Source: a virus
Lineage: Duplodnaviria; Caudoviricetes
IMG/VR virus record: IMGVR_UViG_3300025011_000016
Direction: 5' to 3' (one strand)
DNA: 64,000 nucleotides
Positions 10,101 to 19,271 of the stretch are shown piece by piece. The translations under genes and the position numbers were made by a program. The first letter of the stretch is position 1, and the number at the start of each line of letters is the position of its first letter. The notes beneath the pieces are model-generated. The model worked only from the letters and a program-made list of their open reading frames with translations, searched no databases and was not told where the DNA came from.

Positions 10101-10952
10101 TTAAAATAACAAATATCAGAATGGATTATATCCAGAAGGTATCTACATTTTTAGCTAAAACTTATAAAAACGTTATAGTTGATGAATTTAGTTTTAAGGA
10201 TGTATTAACAGAGTCTGATGGTATTGAGCGTATAAATAGAGGTATACACAGAGTTGGTGCCTTTACATTTACCACAGTGTTAAAATATAAATGCCACTTT
10301 TATGGTAGTGAATATATTTTAGCATTACCTAACAGTACGAACACATGCTCTGTTTGTAATCATAAAGTTAAAACTAAAATGAAGTTATCTCAAAGAGTCT
10401 TTAATTGCCCACAATGTGGACATATAGATGATAGAGATAACAATGCGGCTATTAATATCTATAATACATTTAAACGATCTTTATTAACTAACGTAAATAA
10501 AGATTTCGCCGTTGGTCGGACGGTTCAAAGAACCTAAACGGTTAAGTTATTATGGTATCTAACGAATACCATTAACACGACAGTTATGCCTAAAGAATAA
10601 GATGGGAGGGCTGTTATTAATCCGTGGGATTAAAGAAATAACAGCCGTTAAAATTATTGAGGGCATAAAGTCGAATAAAAAACTTATTGATTTATTACGA
10701 TCCGAGATTAATTTAAGGAGGGATGTAAGACGATATACAATTAAAGTATGTTTTACTAAAGTTAGAGATAAAGATTTTGAGAAATTTCTTGAAAGTAAGA
10801 ATGTATTGGTTCTTGAAAAATATAATAAGGAGGTTGATGTGTTAATCATACCTTATAAAGATATTGATTCAGTCAAAGTTACTACTGCGAAGAAAGATGG
10901 TAAGGATATCGTAACCATCGATGAAGCTTATAAGATGTTTGGTTATAAGTAG
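7187..10952 (+). CDS. ligA: NAD-dependent DNA ligase, 2 exons (about 698 aa)
   Basis: KWDG adenylation motif, SRGD, DGVV, AYKFPP, a Cys4 zinc finger and HhH repeats in exon 1 (7187-8914). Exon 2 (10584-10952) continues ELID|LCLKNK... into a BRCT-like C-terminus. Confidence 0.92.
9242..9251 (+). promoter_or_regulatory. early-type promoter motif inside the ligA intron, upstream of tnpB
   Basis: TATATATTAT lies downstream of the ribozyme core, 45 nt before the tnpB start. Confidence 0.55.
9296..10537 (+). CDS. tnpB: TnpB RNA-guided nuclease (IS200/IS605/IS1341-type)
   Basis: N-terminal HTH (RIRPTKEQ...CFGYRRFIYN), RuvC-I GIDLG, RuvC-II VDE, CxxC-CxxC zinc finger, RuvC-III DRDNNAAINI. AAGGAGGT RBS with TTG start. 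Confidence 0.93.
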   Translation: MIKTFKTRIRPTKEQEVYLNKCFGYRRFIYNNALEYFNTILEFNGNNLDKTLKKFFNKFDYITNIYSKKEKEPELEWTREYNKNIKDQVSSDFNIAVNRFFNDIKNKKRCKLHFKRKIHGNGSFRIYNKNKGNVKILDKNIFSFIINREYGHMSLKTYEDISFLYHHDIKTMSIRMKNFKYYVSFTYELDIPKHDHEKDIIGIDLGIHNPVVCFDGKDVIAPKFPKGIIKRLEKKVDKFSTIVSKKKYDKRNPSKNYIKARTKLNDIYIKITNIRMDYIQKVSTFLAKTYKNVIVDEFSFKDVLTESDGIERINRGIHRVGAFTFTTVLKYKCHFYGSEYILALPNSTNTCSVCNHKVKTKMKLSQRVFNCPQCGHIDDRDNNAAINIYNTFKRSLLTNVNKDFAVGRTVQRT

Positions 10953-11027
10953 CATTAATAAGAAATTATTTGCTACCTAACATATTAGTAAGGAAAAAAT
11001 AAAAAGAAGAAATGGGAGGGTTTAAAC

Positions 11028-11393
11028 ATGTCTAATTCAAACGAACAAGACAATTCACGCCTAATCGAAATCCGGGAAAACGTAAAGGAAATCAGCAAAA
11101 TTGCGGATCGGGCCGCCAAGTACCTTGATGAGGAAAACCGTATTACGATTACTCACTCACTGGCGATTCCGACGATCGTGTACGCATTCATGCGAGAAGC
11201 GATCAACTTCCTTACTGAAAATAAGGTGGTTGGTTCAGATATTGAAATTAATTTAATGCAGCTTTTGGATCTTGGTATTTCATACCGCGAAAACGACGAA
11301 GCCGAGAAAGAGGGTAATTTTACTCCTTATGCTCGACCGGGACAGGAATTTAAACTCCTCGTTAAGAGCGATGAAGATACTGAAGAGGCCTAA
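11028..11393 (+). CDS. hypothetical protein, possibly distantly HU/IHF-like
   Basis: GGGAGG RBS, own promoter motif and terminator, GC-richer codon usage. C-terminal YARPGQEFKLLVK resembles HU FKPGKELK. Confidence 0.7.
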   Translation: MSNSNEQDNSRLIEIRENVKEISKIADRAAKYLDEENRITITHSLAIPTIVYAFMREAINFLTENKVVGSDIEINLMQLLDLGISYRENDEAEKEGNFTPYARPGQEFKLLVKSDEDTEEA

Positions 11394-11403
11394 AACTGGC
11401 AAC

Positions 11404-11444
11404 GACATAGACAATGAGTTATTAACTAACTCATTGTCTATGTC
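11404..11444 (+). terminator. long perfect inverted repeat / terminator
   Basis: GACATAGACAATGAGTTA / TAACTCATTGTCTATGTC. Confidence 0.65.
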
Positions 11445-11525
11445 AATTTAATGATACAATTTTTTTATTAATTAAGAGATGTTTTGTAATAGTTTAAACA
11501 TTATAGAGAGTTGGGGGAGTAATTC

Positions 11526-14500
11526 TTGAAGGACTTCATAAAGGATTATAACAACACCAATGAAGAAAATATCAATTTTGATCTAATGACACGATCACAT
11601 GATGCTGATTTAACAGAGTATGTTGTTAATACCTGTAAATCATTAGAAGTTCTTAAATATATTAAATTCATTGGTTATGAATATATAACTGATGAAACGA
11701 AAATAGATATTAATTACTATATGAGTACGAGGAAGAAAAGTAAGAAGAAAAATGAAACAAAGTATATGTACCTGCAAGATAGTCGATATGGTGAAATGCA
11801 TTTAAAGTTTCATTTAAAATGTAAAGATCGATCATTAACTTTTATCAAGAAGATATTATTACCAGTGGCTGATGATAATGATTATTATTTAGTTAAAGGT
11901 AAAAGACATTCATTATTATATCAACTAGTTGATAGTTCAACTTATACAACTAGACAGAATTTAACATTAAAATCATTAAGACCTATTACGATGAAACGAA
12001 CTGAAAGAATATATTCAGATACAGATGGTACTAAACATTCAGCTCCTTCATATGCAATTTATATCTTCAAGAAAGAAGTAGATATATTATTATTCTATTT
12101 TGCAAAGATAGGTGTGTCAAGAACTTTAGAATATTTTTCAGTAAATCATATAATGAAGTTTAAATCAGAAATTGAAGATACTATCAATAATATATATTTC
12201 TCAATTAATAGTAAATTACATGTAGAGATCAATAGACATTTCTTTGATAAATATCCATATGTTAAGAGTATAGTATTTATGATATTGAATATTTGCACTA
12301 ATAGATTAACTGTTGAAGATCTAGAAAATAAATCTTTCTGGATTGAAAAGATAGGCTCTATGAATGCGACTAATGCATATAACTATCTAGAAAAAGGTAC
12401 TAATACTTTAGTATTCTTTGATAGGTTATTAGATGAAACAACTAAGAATATTTTAAAAATTCATGATGAGAATAATAAAAATATATACTCTGTAATTCGT
12501 TGGATTAAATTATAGTCCCATTATAGAGTGATCTATATTGAAAACTTCTTTAATTGTCGGGAAACTCCTTAGTGCTTTATAAAGATAAAGATTGGACAAT
12601 CCGCAGCCAAGATTCTTATAATAGGAATAAGGTTCAACGACTAATTTAGAGCTCAAGTGAGTGAGTTTAATATAACTCTTAAATCGAAATAAGAAGCATC
12701 TTATATAAGATGATGATATAGTCTGTGCTTTATTGAAAGATAAAGAAAGATAACATCTTTACATTATCTAACGAATAATGTTAACACTCAGGTTTCAAAA
12801 CTTTAATGAATTACGTAAGAAAGATAATCTTGATCTTGCCAATAAACGTTTACGATGTAATGAACTCATCGCATCATTATTAACTAAAGCTTTTAGTACT
12901 AGAGTTGATAGAATTATTGGTTTTGGTAATAAAGTTACGTTAGATAACATTAAGGAAATATTCAAATTTCCAGGTGATGTAATAATGCAGCAATTGCATA
13001 AGTCAGGATTATTTAGATATGATATTTTATTGTCCATTATAGTAGTGATATTATAATGAATTTTCTTTAATTGGCGGGGACATTCTTAGGGCTTAAACTA
13101 CTAAAATATATCAGTGATGATATACTAACTAAGAGTAACTAACTTAGTATGAGTAATAATGTTTAAGATTGGACAATCCGCAGCTAAGCATCTTTATATA
13201 AACCCCCATAATTATTAATACGTTATACAATATAAAGGAGAGGTGTGACTGTAATGAAAGGACGATTGGGTGAAAATAAATGTCCCTCTTGTTACGAATA
13301 ATTATTCAATTAATTCTGAGGGATTTATTAGGAATGATAAATTCAATAGAATTTTGACCCGATGGAAAAATAATAGAGGTTATGAAGCTGTGCAATTATC
13401 ATGTATTGATGGTATAACAAGAAGTTTTACAATTCATAGATTGATGGCTCATCATTTTATACCAGGGTTCGACATTTCAGATAGATCCATTGTTGTTCAT
13501 CATAAGGACAGTGTAAATAAAACTAACTCATTAGATCTTCTAACCGTTTGTACTCAAAAAGAAAATATTAAGTATTCTATCGAAGAAGGTAATAAACCAA
13601 ATGGTGAAAAACATCCGATGGGTAAATTTCCAGATGAGCTGGCTAATAAAATAGTTGCCTTATTACAAAAAGAAAAAAGTACCGATGAAATATTTAATAT
13701 ATTAGATTTAGAAGTTAAGAAGAATATGCGTATATTTATAAATGATCTTAGAGCTAAACGAACCCGATTGTATTTAACTGAAGGTTTGGATTTAAAGAAG
13801 CATGTGCAGGAAAAACATGATATAAACTTGGTGAAGAGGGTGATTCGTTATATGAAGATAGGTATGACGGTAGATAATATAATCAATATGATTGGAAAAG
13901 GAAATGCTGGTAGGCATGAAAGGGAGAGATACTCCTCGTTAATACAAAGGATACATGACGGGAAAGCGTGGGGAAGATTATATAAAGATGATAGTTCAAC
14001 GACTAATGATGACTACATGGTTATTAAAATTAAAATGTAGTTATAGATTTACAAGCTAATGGTAAATCGAAATGGGGAACACCTCATATTAAGTTGATAT
14101 GAGATGAAGATATAGTCTGGTATCCTAATATTAAATTAGGGAAGTTCATAAGAGAACTGGGTTTCGTTGCGGAAAACCTGAACCTGGGGATAAAATTAAC
14201 GATCTCGACTTCTTTAGTAAGTTCAAATATACCCTAAATTTTGGGGCGTTATAGAGTGATCTATATAGATAAAATTCTTTAATTGTCGGGGAACTCCTTA
14301 GAACTTCTTAATTGAAGATTGGACAATCCGCAGCCAAGATTGTTGATAAACAATAAGGTTCAACGACTAGAGTATAACTCGTAGATATATAAGTTAATGA
14401 TATATCGAAATAAGTTTAATCTTCTTATAGAAGATTGTGATATAGTCTTGTATCCTATATAACATTAGGGAAGTTCATTTGAGAACTGTATAGAGTTACG

Positions 14501-15746
14501 ATCTATATGAAAGTATACGTAAAGGACCAAATTCCTTGGGTTTTAATAAATAGGCCCATGATCTTTTAATTGCGGGAAACTCCTTAGTACTTCTATATGA
14601 AGATTGGACAATCCGCAGCCAAAATTGTTGATAAACAATAAGGTTCAACGACTAGAGTATAACTCGTAGATATATAAGTTAATGATATATCGAAATATAG
14701 AACTATCGAAAGATAAAGAGATAGTCTGGTATCCTAATTAACATTAGGGAAGTTCACAGGAGAACTGCATTATTTTACGAATAATGTGAACTCATCGAAT
14801 AAAAATGATAATAATATCTCAGTTAAATATCGCGGCATACACCCGAGTTATCTGGCCCGCGTAGATATTAACGTTTGCGGTGAACGTAGAAATATAATTG
14901 CCGCCTTTTCTTTAATTGACGGGAACTCCCTTATAGCTTAAACTACTAATAGTAACAAGTTTAAGATTGGACAATCCGCAGCCAAGATTGTTATAAAACA
15001 ATAAGGTTCAACGACTAGAGTGATAACTCGTAGATTCGAAAGAATTGAAATGGGAAAACGATAGAGTTATTCTATTGAAGATATAGTCTAATATCCTAAT
15101 ATAAGTTAGGGAAGTTCATAAGAGAACTGCATAGATTGATAAACTGTGTGAATAAATGAATTCAGACCCTAGAAATAAATTTGGGGCAATATCGAGTGAT
15201 CGTTATTGTTAAACTACCTTGACTGCGGGAAACTTCTTAGAGCTTTAAATTGATAAAGATTGAACAATCCGCACCCGATATTCTATATAATAGAATAAAG
15301 TTCAACGACTAGAGCATATTTGCTCGTAGATATAAAGTTATATCGAAATTAGTAGAATCTCTTAGGAGATTATGAGATAGTCTGGTATCCTATATAACTA
15401 TAGGGAAGTTCATAAGAGAACTGTACTATTTAACGAATAGTATGAACACACGGGAACTAGTGGTATTATAACACCATTCTGTAAAACTAGTGGATTATTC
15501 TTCGATGGTGCATTTGAACCAGAAAGTTTTAAATATGATTTTGATAAGGAGATAACTGACTTTAGAAAATCAACTAGTAATAACATAATTGTTGATACTC
15601 ACTATGATAATATATCTGAGTATTTTGAAGGTAGAGAACGATTTAAAGAAATGAATAGTCGAATCAAAATATCAGAGATTGAACGAACTGATAATAGTAA
15701 GTATTATATTAAAATTAAGCTTGCTAGTAATACTGATGATATATAA
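11526..15746 (+). CDS. rpoB: phage multisubunit RNA polymerase beta subunit, N-terminal half; 7 exons, about 556 aa after splicing
   Basis: Exons 11526-12505, 12792-13023, 14189-14235, 14520-14541, 14798-14881, 15159-15170, 15453-15746 total 1671 nt, in frame. YYLVKGKRHSLLYQL corresponds to FIINGxERVxVSQL. Joining gives KYTL|KGPNSLG and RGIHPSYLARVDINVCG|NSDP|GTSG (beta GPGG and [23 protein letters not shown]). Confidence 0.88.
12506..12791 (+). ncRNA. group I intron, ORF-less (beta-N intron 1); closest 'empty' relative of the two TnpB introns
   Basis: GGAT|TA pairs with TAGTCC. Full core. The 3' domain GTCTGTGCTTTA...CTAACGA...TAACACTCAG parallels that of the TnpB introns. Confidence 0.9.
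13024..14188 (+). mobile_element. group I intron carrying an HNH endonuclease in P6 (beta-N intron 2)
   Basis: TGAT|A pairs with TTGTC. Q at ~13176 and R at ~13994 are separated by the ORF, with arms CATCTTTATA / TATAAAGATG. Ends ...AACCTGGG. Confidence 0.85.
13270..14040 (+). CDS. intron-encoded HNH homing endonuclease
   Basis: GYEAVQL, IHRLMAHHF, VHHKD..NK.N..L, QKEN. Its last codons overlap the intron R element. Confidence 0.8.
   Translation: MKINVPLVTNNYSINSEGFIRNDKFNRILTRWKNNRGYEAVQLSCIDGITRSFTIHRLMAHHFIPGFDISDRSIVVHHKDSVNKTNSLDLLTVCTQKENIKYSIEEGNKPNGEKHPMGKFPDELANKIVALLQKEKSTDEIFNILDLEVKKNMRIFINDLRAKRTRLYLTEGLDLKKHVQEKHDINLVKRVIRYMKIGMTVDNIINMIGKGNAGRHERERYSSLIQRIHDGKAWGRLYKDDSSTTNDDYMVIKIKM
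14236..14519 (+). ncRNA. group I intron, ORF-less (beta-N intron 3)
   Basis: CCCT|AAA pairs with TTTGGGG. Full core. Ends ...AGTATACG. Confidence 0.9.
14542..14797 (+). ncRNA. group I intron, ORF-less (beta-N intron 4)
   Basis: GGGT|TT pairs with AGGCCC. Full core. Ends ...CTCATCG. Confidence 0.88.
14882..15158 (+). ncRNA. group I intron, ORF-less (beta-N intron 5)
   Basis: GCGGT|GA pairs with TTGCCGC. Full core. Ends ...AATAAATG. Confidence 0.9.
15171..15452 (+). ncRNA. group I intron, ORF-less (beta-N intron 6)
   Basis: CCCT|AG pairs with TTGGGG. Variant core ACTGCGGG / ATCCGCACCCG / GTTCAACGACTA / GAGATAGTCT. Ends ...ACACACG. Confidence 0.88.
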
Positions 15747-15821
15747 GGAAACTAAAATTTCCATTATATTCCTGCTCTAATAAAATAAAGATAAGGGCTT
15801 AAAAACCCTTATTTTTTTAAA

Positions 15822-15855
15822 TATATATTATATAATGAATCAAGTAAATATATAA
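15822..15855 (+). repeat. 34-bp exact direct repeat, copy 1 (promoter and leader cassette)
   Basis: TATATATTATATAATGAATCAAGTAAATATATAA, identical at 16615-16648. Confidence 0.9.
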
Positions 15856-15870
15856 AGGGGGAATTACATA

Positions 15871-16539
15871 ATGACTGACAAAGAAAAAATTAAACAACAT
15901 CCTGCGTATATCCAGTACATTAAAAACCCTAGTAAAAAACTTCAAAAAATTGCACTTAAGAAAAGTGGAGGTAGTATATTCAAGTATATTAAAAAACCAA
16001 GTAAGAAAATTCAATTTCTTGCAGTTTCATTATTTGATCGTAATATTAAATACATCAAAAATCCGCGTGAAGGATTGCAATTAGCGGCAGTTCAAAATGA
16101 TGGATCGAATATTCAATATATTAAAAATCCGAGTACTATGATTCAACATAAGGCGGTATCTACAAATGGTGACGCTATTAAATATATCAAAAATCCGAGT
16201 GAGGAAATACAATTAGCTGCTATATATGAAAACCCATGGAGTATTAAATATATCAATAACCCCAATAAACGTGTGCAGTTAGCTGCTGTGACGTTAGTTG
16301 GTCATGTAATTCAATACATTAATACAGACCTTGACAAAGACGTGCAGTTAGCTGCAATAAAAGAGAATAAATATGTAAGTAAATATGAACATGAAAACAT
16401 TACCATCGACCCATATGATACGGATGATGGATGTTCTGTGTTGCCATATCGATATATGCGTCGTGATATATTACCATTCGCGTATATTCAAAACCCAGAT
16501 CCTGATGTAATTGACTATATGGTGCGGAATATATTATAA
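15871..16539 (+). CDS. tandem-repeat protein (DUF4116-like)
   Basis: About 22-aa repeats IQYIKNPSxxxQLAAV. Confidence 0.75.
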   Translation: MTDKEKIKQHPAYIQYIKNPSKKLQKIALKKSGGSIFKYIKKPSKKIQFLAVSLFDRNIKYIKNPREGLQLAAVQNDGSNIQYIKNPSTMIQHKAVSTNGDAIKYIKNPSEEIQLAAIYENPWSIKYINNPNKRVQLAAVTLVGHVIQYINTDLDKDVQLAAIKENKYVSKYEHENITIDPYDTDDGCSVLPYRYMRRDILPFAYIQNPDPDVIDYMVRNIL

Positions 16540-16614
16540 ATATAAAACTAAAAATAGGAATGTTGCATCTTTCAATATTCCTATTTTTTTATTAAACTTA
16601 ATAAAGTATTTAAC

Positions 16615-16648
16615 TATATATTATATAATGAATCAAGTAAATATATAA
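16615..16648 (+). repeat. 34-bp exact direct repeat, copy 2
   Basis: Identical to 15822-15855, followed by a GGAGGT RBS. Confidence 0.9.
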
Positions 16649-16661
16649 GGAGGTAAATGAC

Positions 16662-17000
16662 ATGACTATTCAAGTATCATATTCCGATGAGTATAAAGGT
16701 ATACATGGGGTTTCAATTGCTACTTATACACCAAGTGGTTTTAATGGTAAAGTTTACAAGAAATTAGCTCCTTCTAAATTATTAGTACATAGATTCAAAA
16801 CTATCACTGATAATACTTTACGTAAGGAAATATATAAAGAAGAGGTTTTGGACAAATTAGATCCATATGAAGTTTTGGATAAACTTGGAGTGAATATAGT
16901 GCTATTGTGTAATAGAGGAAGAGATACGTTTCCTCATCATATCGAAGCCGCTAAATGGCTATCTGAGAAAACTGGTATAGAATTATTGGAGGTTGAATAA
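16662..17000 (+). CDS. DUF488-like protein
   Basis: LAPS..L, Y..EVL..LDP..V, LLC and A.WL pattern. The usual CHR is replaced by PHH. Confidence 0.55.
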   Translation: MTIQVSYSDEYKGIHGVSIATYTPSGFNGKVYKKLAPSKLLVHRFKTITDNTLRKEIYKEEVLDKLDPYEVLDKLGVNIVLLCNRGRDTFPHHIEAAKWLSEKTGIELLEVE

Positions 17001-17002
17001 AT

Positions 17003-17524
17003 ATGCTTTTTAATAATGTGCCAAAACAATATTTGATTCTTGAATGTACATTGATCACCGGCGTTAAAGAATATTTCTATATTGAAAACTTAGCTGCAAA
17101 TACTCTTAACTATTTAGACACTAATAGGACACCAGTAAGGTGTTATAAAATTAAAGACCTGTATTTAGGAAATACTGCTCTTATTTTAGAGAACTTAGAT
17201 AAGACTAAGGTTATTAATTTACATATAAATAACCTTTTGACCTATTCAAATATAACTAAGAATATTTTATTAATGAGTTTACGTGAATATAATGAGTTTA
17301 TCACTAAAAATTGTATCACTGATTGTATTCATTGGAAATCACCTCATTGTAAATTAAATATTGAGAATACTGATGATCTAGGAGTGCATTGTAATAATAT
17401 TGCTTTACTACATAATACACCCGATAATGAGAAAGGTGGTATTATAAAAGTATATTCTGTCTGGGATGGAATTAAAATGTTTGTCCACAAACTAATCAAA
17501 ACAATATATAAAGGTGGTGGATAA
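17003..17524 (+). CDS. hypothetical protein
   Basis: GGAGG RBS, in operon context. Confidence 0.75.
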   Translation: MLFNNVPKQYLILECTLITGVKEYFYIENLAANTLNYLDTNRTPVRCYKIKDLYLGNTALILENLDKTKVINLHINNLLTYSNITKNILLMSLREYNEFITKNCITDCIHWKSPHCKLNIENTDDLGVHCNNIALLHNTPDNEKGGIIKVYSVWDGIKMFVHKLIKTIYKGGG

Positions 17525-17527
17525 ACG

Positions 17528-17749
17528 ATGAAGAAAATGCCAACTATTGTAATTGAATTTAATAAGGATATTATTTTCACATTCAGTAAGTATATTAGTA
17601 ATGATGATATCAGAATATCTACATTAACTCTTATTGGAAAAACTACTGATGGAGATTGTGAATGTATTGTAAACTCCCGTTATATTGTGAAAATTGACCA
17701 TAGAGATATTATGAAGATTACTTATGTGAAGGAGAATGTAAATGTTTAA
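17528..17749 (+). CDS. hypothetical protein (paralog of 17742..18023)
   Basis: Shares IxIEFNxxIxF, GDxxCxVN and VxIDxRDI with the next ORF. Confidence 0.7.
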   Translation: MKKMPTIVIEFNKDIIFTFSKYISNDDIRISTLTLIGKTTDGDCECIVNSRYIVKIDHRDIMKITYVKENVNV

Positions 17750-18023
17750 TCATCAACCTATTAAAATCGAATTTAATGATGAGATACGCTTCACTGAGCT
17801 TTGTGATGGTAATGTTGAAGAGTTACGAACTGCTGAATTGTTGTTGGTTGAAAAAAGTTCATGTGGAGATTTGTTATGTGTAGTTAATGAAGGACAATAT
17901 CTTGTAGATATAGATAGTAGGGATATTAAAAACGTACGATATATTGAAACTTTAAAAAGTTATATTAAGAGAGTGAGCTTAAATCATTTTGATATTGATA
18001 CTTTAGATTGGGATAAGAAATAA
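17742..18023 (+). CDS. hypothetical protein (paralog of 17528..17749)
   Basis: AAGGAG RBS, overlap with the upstream ORF, shared motifs. Confidence 0.7.
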   Translation: MFNHQPIKIEFNDEIRFTELCDGNVEELRTAELLLVEKSSCGDLLCVVNEGQYLVDIDSRDIKNVRYIETLKSYIKRVSLNHFDIDTLDWDKK

Positions 18024-18097
18024 CTACATAATGAACTCATATATAAAGGGAAGAATTTATCTTCCCTTTATATTTTTATTATTAAAGAGGTGATATA

Positions 18098-18829
18098 TTG
18101 ACACAAACAAATGGAGAATTGGAAAAAATAAGCAGGGTTATAATACGACCAACTAAAGAATTATCATTAAGAATGCATGTTAGATTATTAAGAGAAACCG
18201 ATGGGAGAAAAGAAAACTTCCATAAAGTAGTTACATATGGTAGTAAGAACTACCTTAGTTTAGATATTCAAGGATATCTTACTCTTGAACTTAAAAGAGA
18301 TGACTGGTCACCAGATAAATGGCTGAGAATAACTCAAGCTAATATTTTTCATGTCATTAAAGGTTTTAAAGCGATGTTAAACTCTATATATACTGGAGAT
18401 ATATTCGCAGTCACTAAAGGTAAGAAAACGATTATGTATAAGGGCAAAGTTAATGAGCATACCCAAAACTTAAATAATTTGGGTACTAATAATTGGTTAA
18501 GGATTTCACCGGCAATTATATATGATGAAAATGACATATCATATGAAGGAGTGATTCTATATATTAATAAAACTGAAAACTATGTACCATTATCAATTGA
18601 TGAATTTGAATCATTATTATATGCTCTTGAAAAAGTAGATATTTTCTTATATTCACAGGAGATACTGAATTATTTTATGCTTAGTCTAAAAGATCAAAAA
18701 TTAGAAATTCAACCTACATTTAAGAAAGTATTTAATAAATCCGATCATCCTATATTTAATAAGGAAGCTGAAGAAGTTAAAAGTACAATATTCAAAGAAG
18801 AAAGTCCTAAAGAATTCTTTGGTATTTAG
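18098..18829 (+). CDS. hypothetical protein
   Basis: GAGGTG RBS with TTG start, 243 aa. Confidence 0.8.
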   Translation: MTQTNGELEKISRVIIRPTKELSLRMHVRLLRETDGRKENFHKVVTYGSKNYLSLDIQGYLTLELKRDDWSPDKWLRITQANIFHVIKGFKAMLNSIYTGDIFAVTKGKKTIMYKGKVNEHTQNLNNLGTNNWLRISPAIIYDENDISYEGVILYINKTENYVPLSIDEFESLLYALEKVDIFLYSQEILNYFMLSLKDQKLEIQPTFKKVFNKSDHPIFNKEAEEVKSTIFKEESPKEFFGI

Positions 18830-18879
18830 AAATATATATTATAATGCTAATATAACAAAATAAAGGAGGTAAAAATACT

Positions 18880-19263
18880 ATGAAACTATTAGATAAATAC
18901 GAGGATATCTCTACATCATTAGAGCATATCGTAAGGAACTTTAGCTTATATCAAATCAAAGATATTAATTTCTACACTGAGCCACAAAAAGATCAAAGGA
19001 TTAAAGACATAATTCTATATATAAAAGGAGTCACTTTGTATGATCCTATCAGTGGAAGAGAGGTTGAGATTGCATGTAAATATGATGGACCTTTCTTAAC
19101 AACCTTTAATATATTCTCAGTTACTATTTCAAACTCATTAGATAGTTCAATTATTACTATATCAACTAATATTGATGCTCTTGAAGAATCTATTGAGCGT
19201 ACCAACATAATTAAGATCATTGGATTGTTAAAAACTAAGCGTAGACAAAGATCGAGTAGATAA
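18880..19263 (+). CDS. hypothetical protein
   Basis: AGGAGGT RBS, TATATATTAT motif upstream. Confidence 0.75.
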   Translation: MKLLDKYEDISTSLEHIVRNFSLYQIKDINFYTEPQKDQRIKDIILYIKGVTLYDPISGREVEIACKYDGPFLTTFNIFSVTISNSLDSSIITISTNIDALEESIERTNIIKIIGLLKTKRRQRSSR

Positions 19264-19271
19264 AAAGAGGT

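Larger units (their letters stand above)
8915..10583 (+). mobile_element. TnpB-carrying group I intron (IStron-like, no tnpA) in ligA
   Basis: AGAT|TC pairs with IGS GAGTCT. P/Q/R/S at 8960-9185. The tnpB cassette lies between complementary arms 9210-9222 and 10538-10550. Ends ...AACACGACAG, and removal restores the ligase frame. Confidence 0.9.

Noticed and set aside
9296-10537. tnpB as a free-standing IS disrupting ligA (and terL at 39826..41064)
   Set aside because: Both copies lie inside intact ribozyme structures whose removal restores the host frame, so the genes are not inactivated.
2701-15452. Regularly recurring 30-40 nt near-identical sequences resembling a CRISPR array or repeat family
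   Set aside because: The repeats are the P/Q/R/S blocks of group I intron cores, in fixed order with P1 and a terminal G. There is no constant repeat-spacer period and no cas gene.
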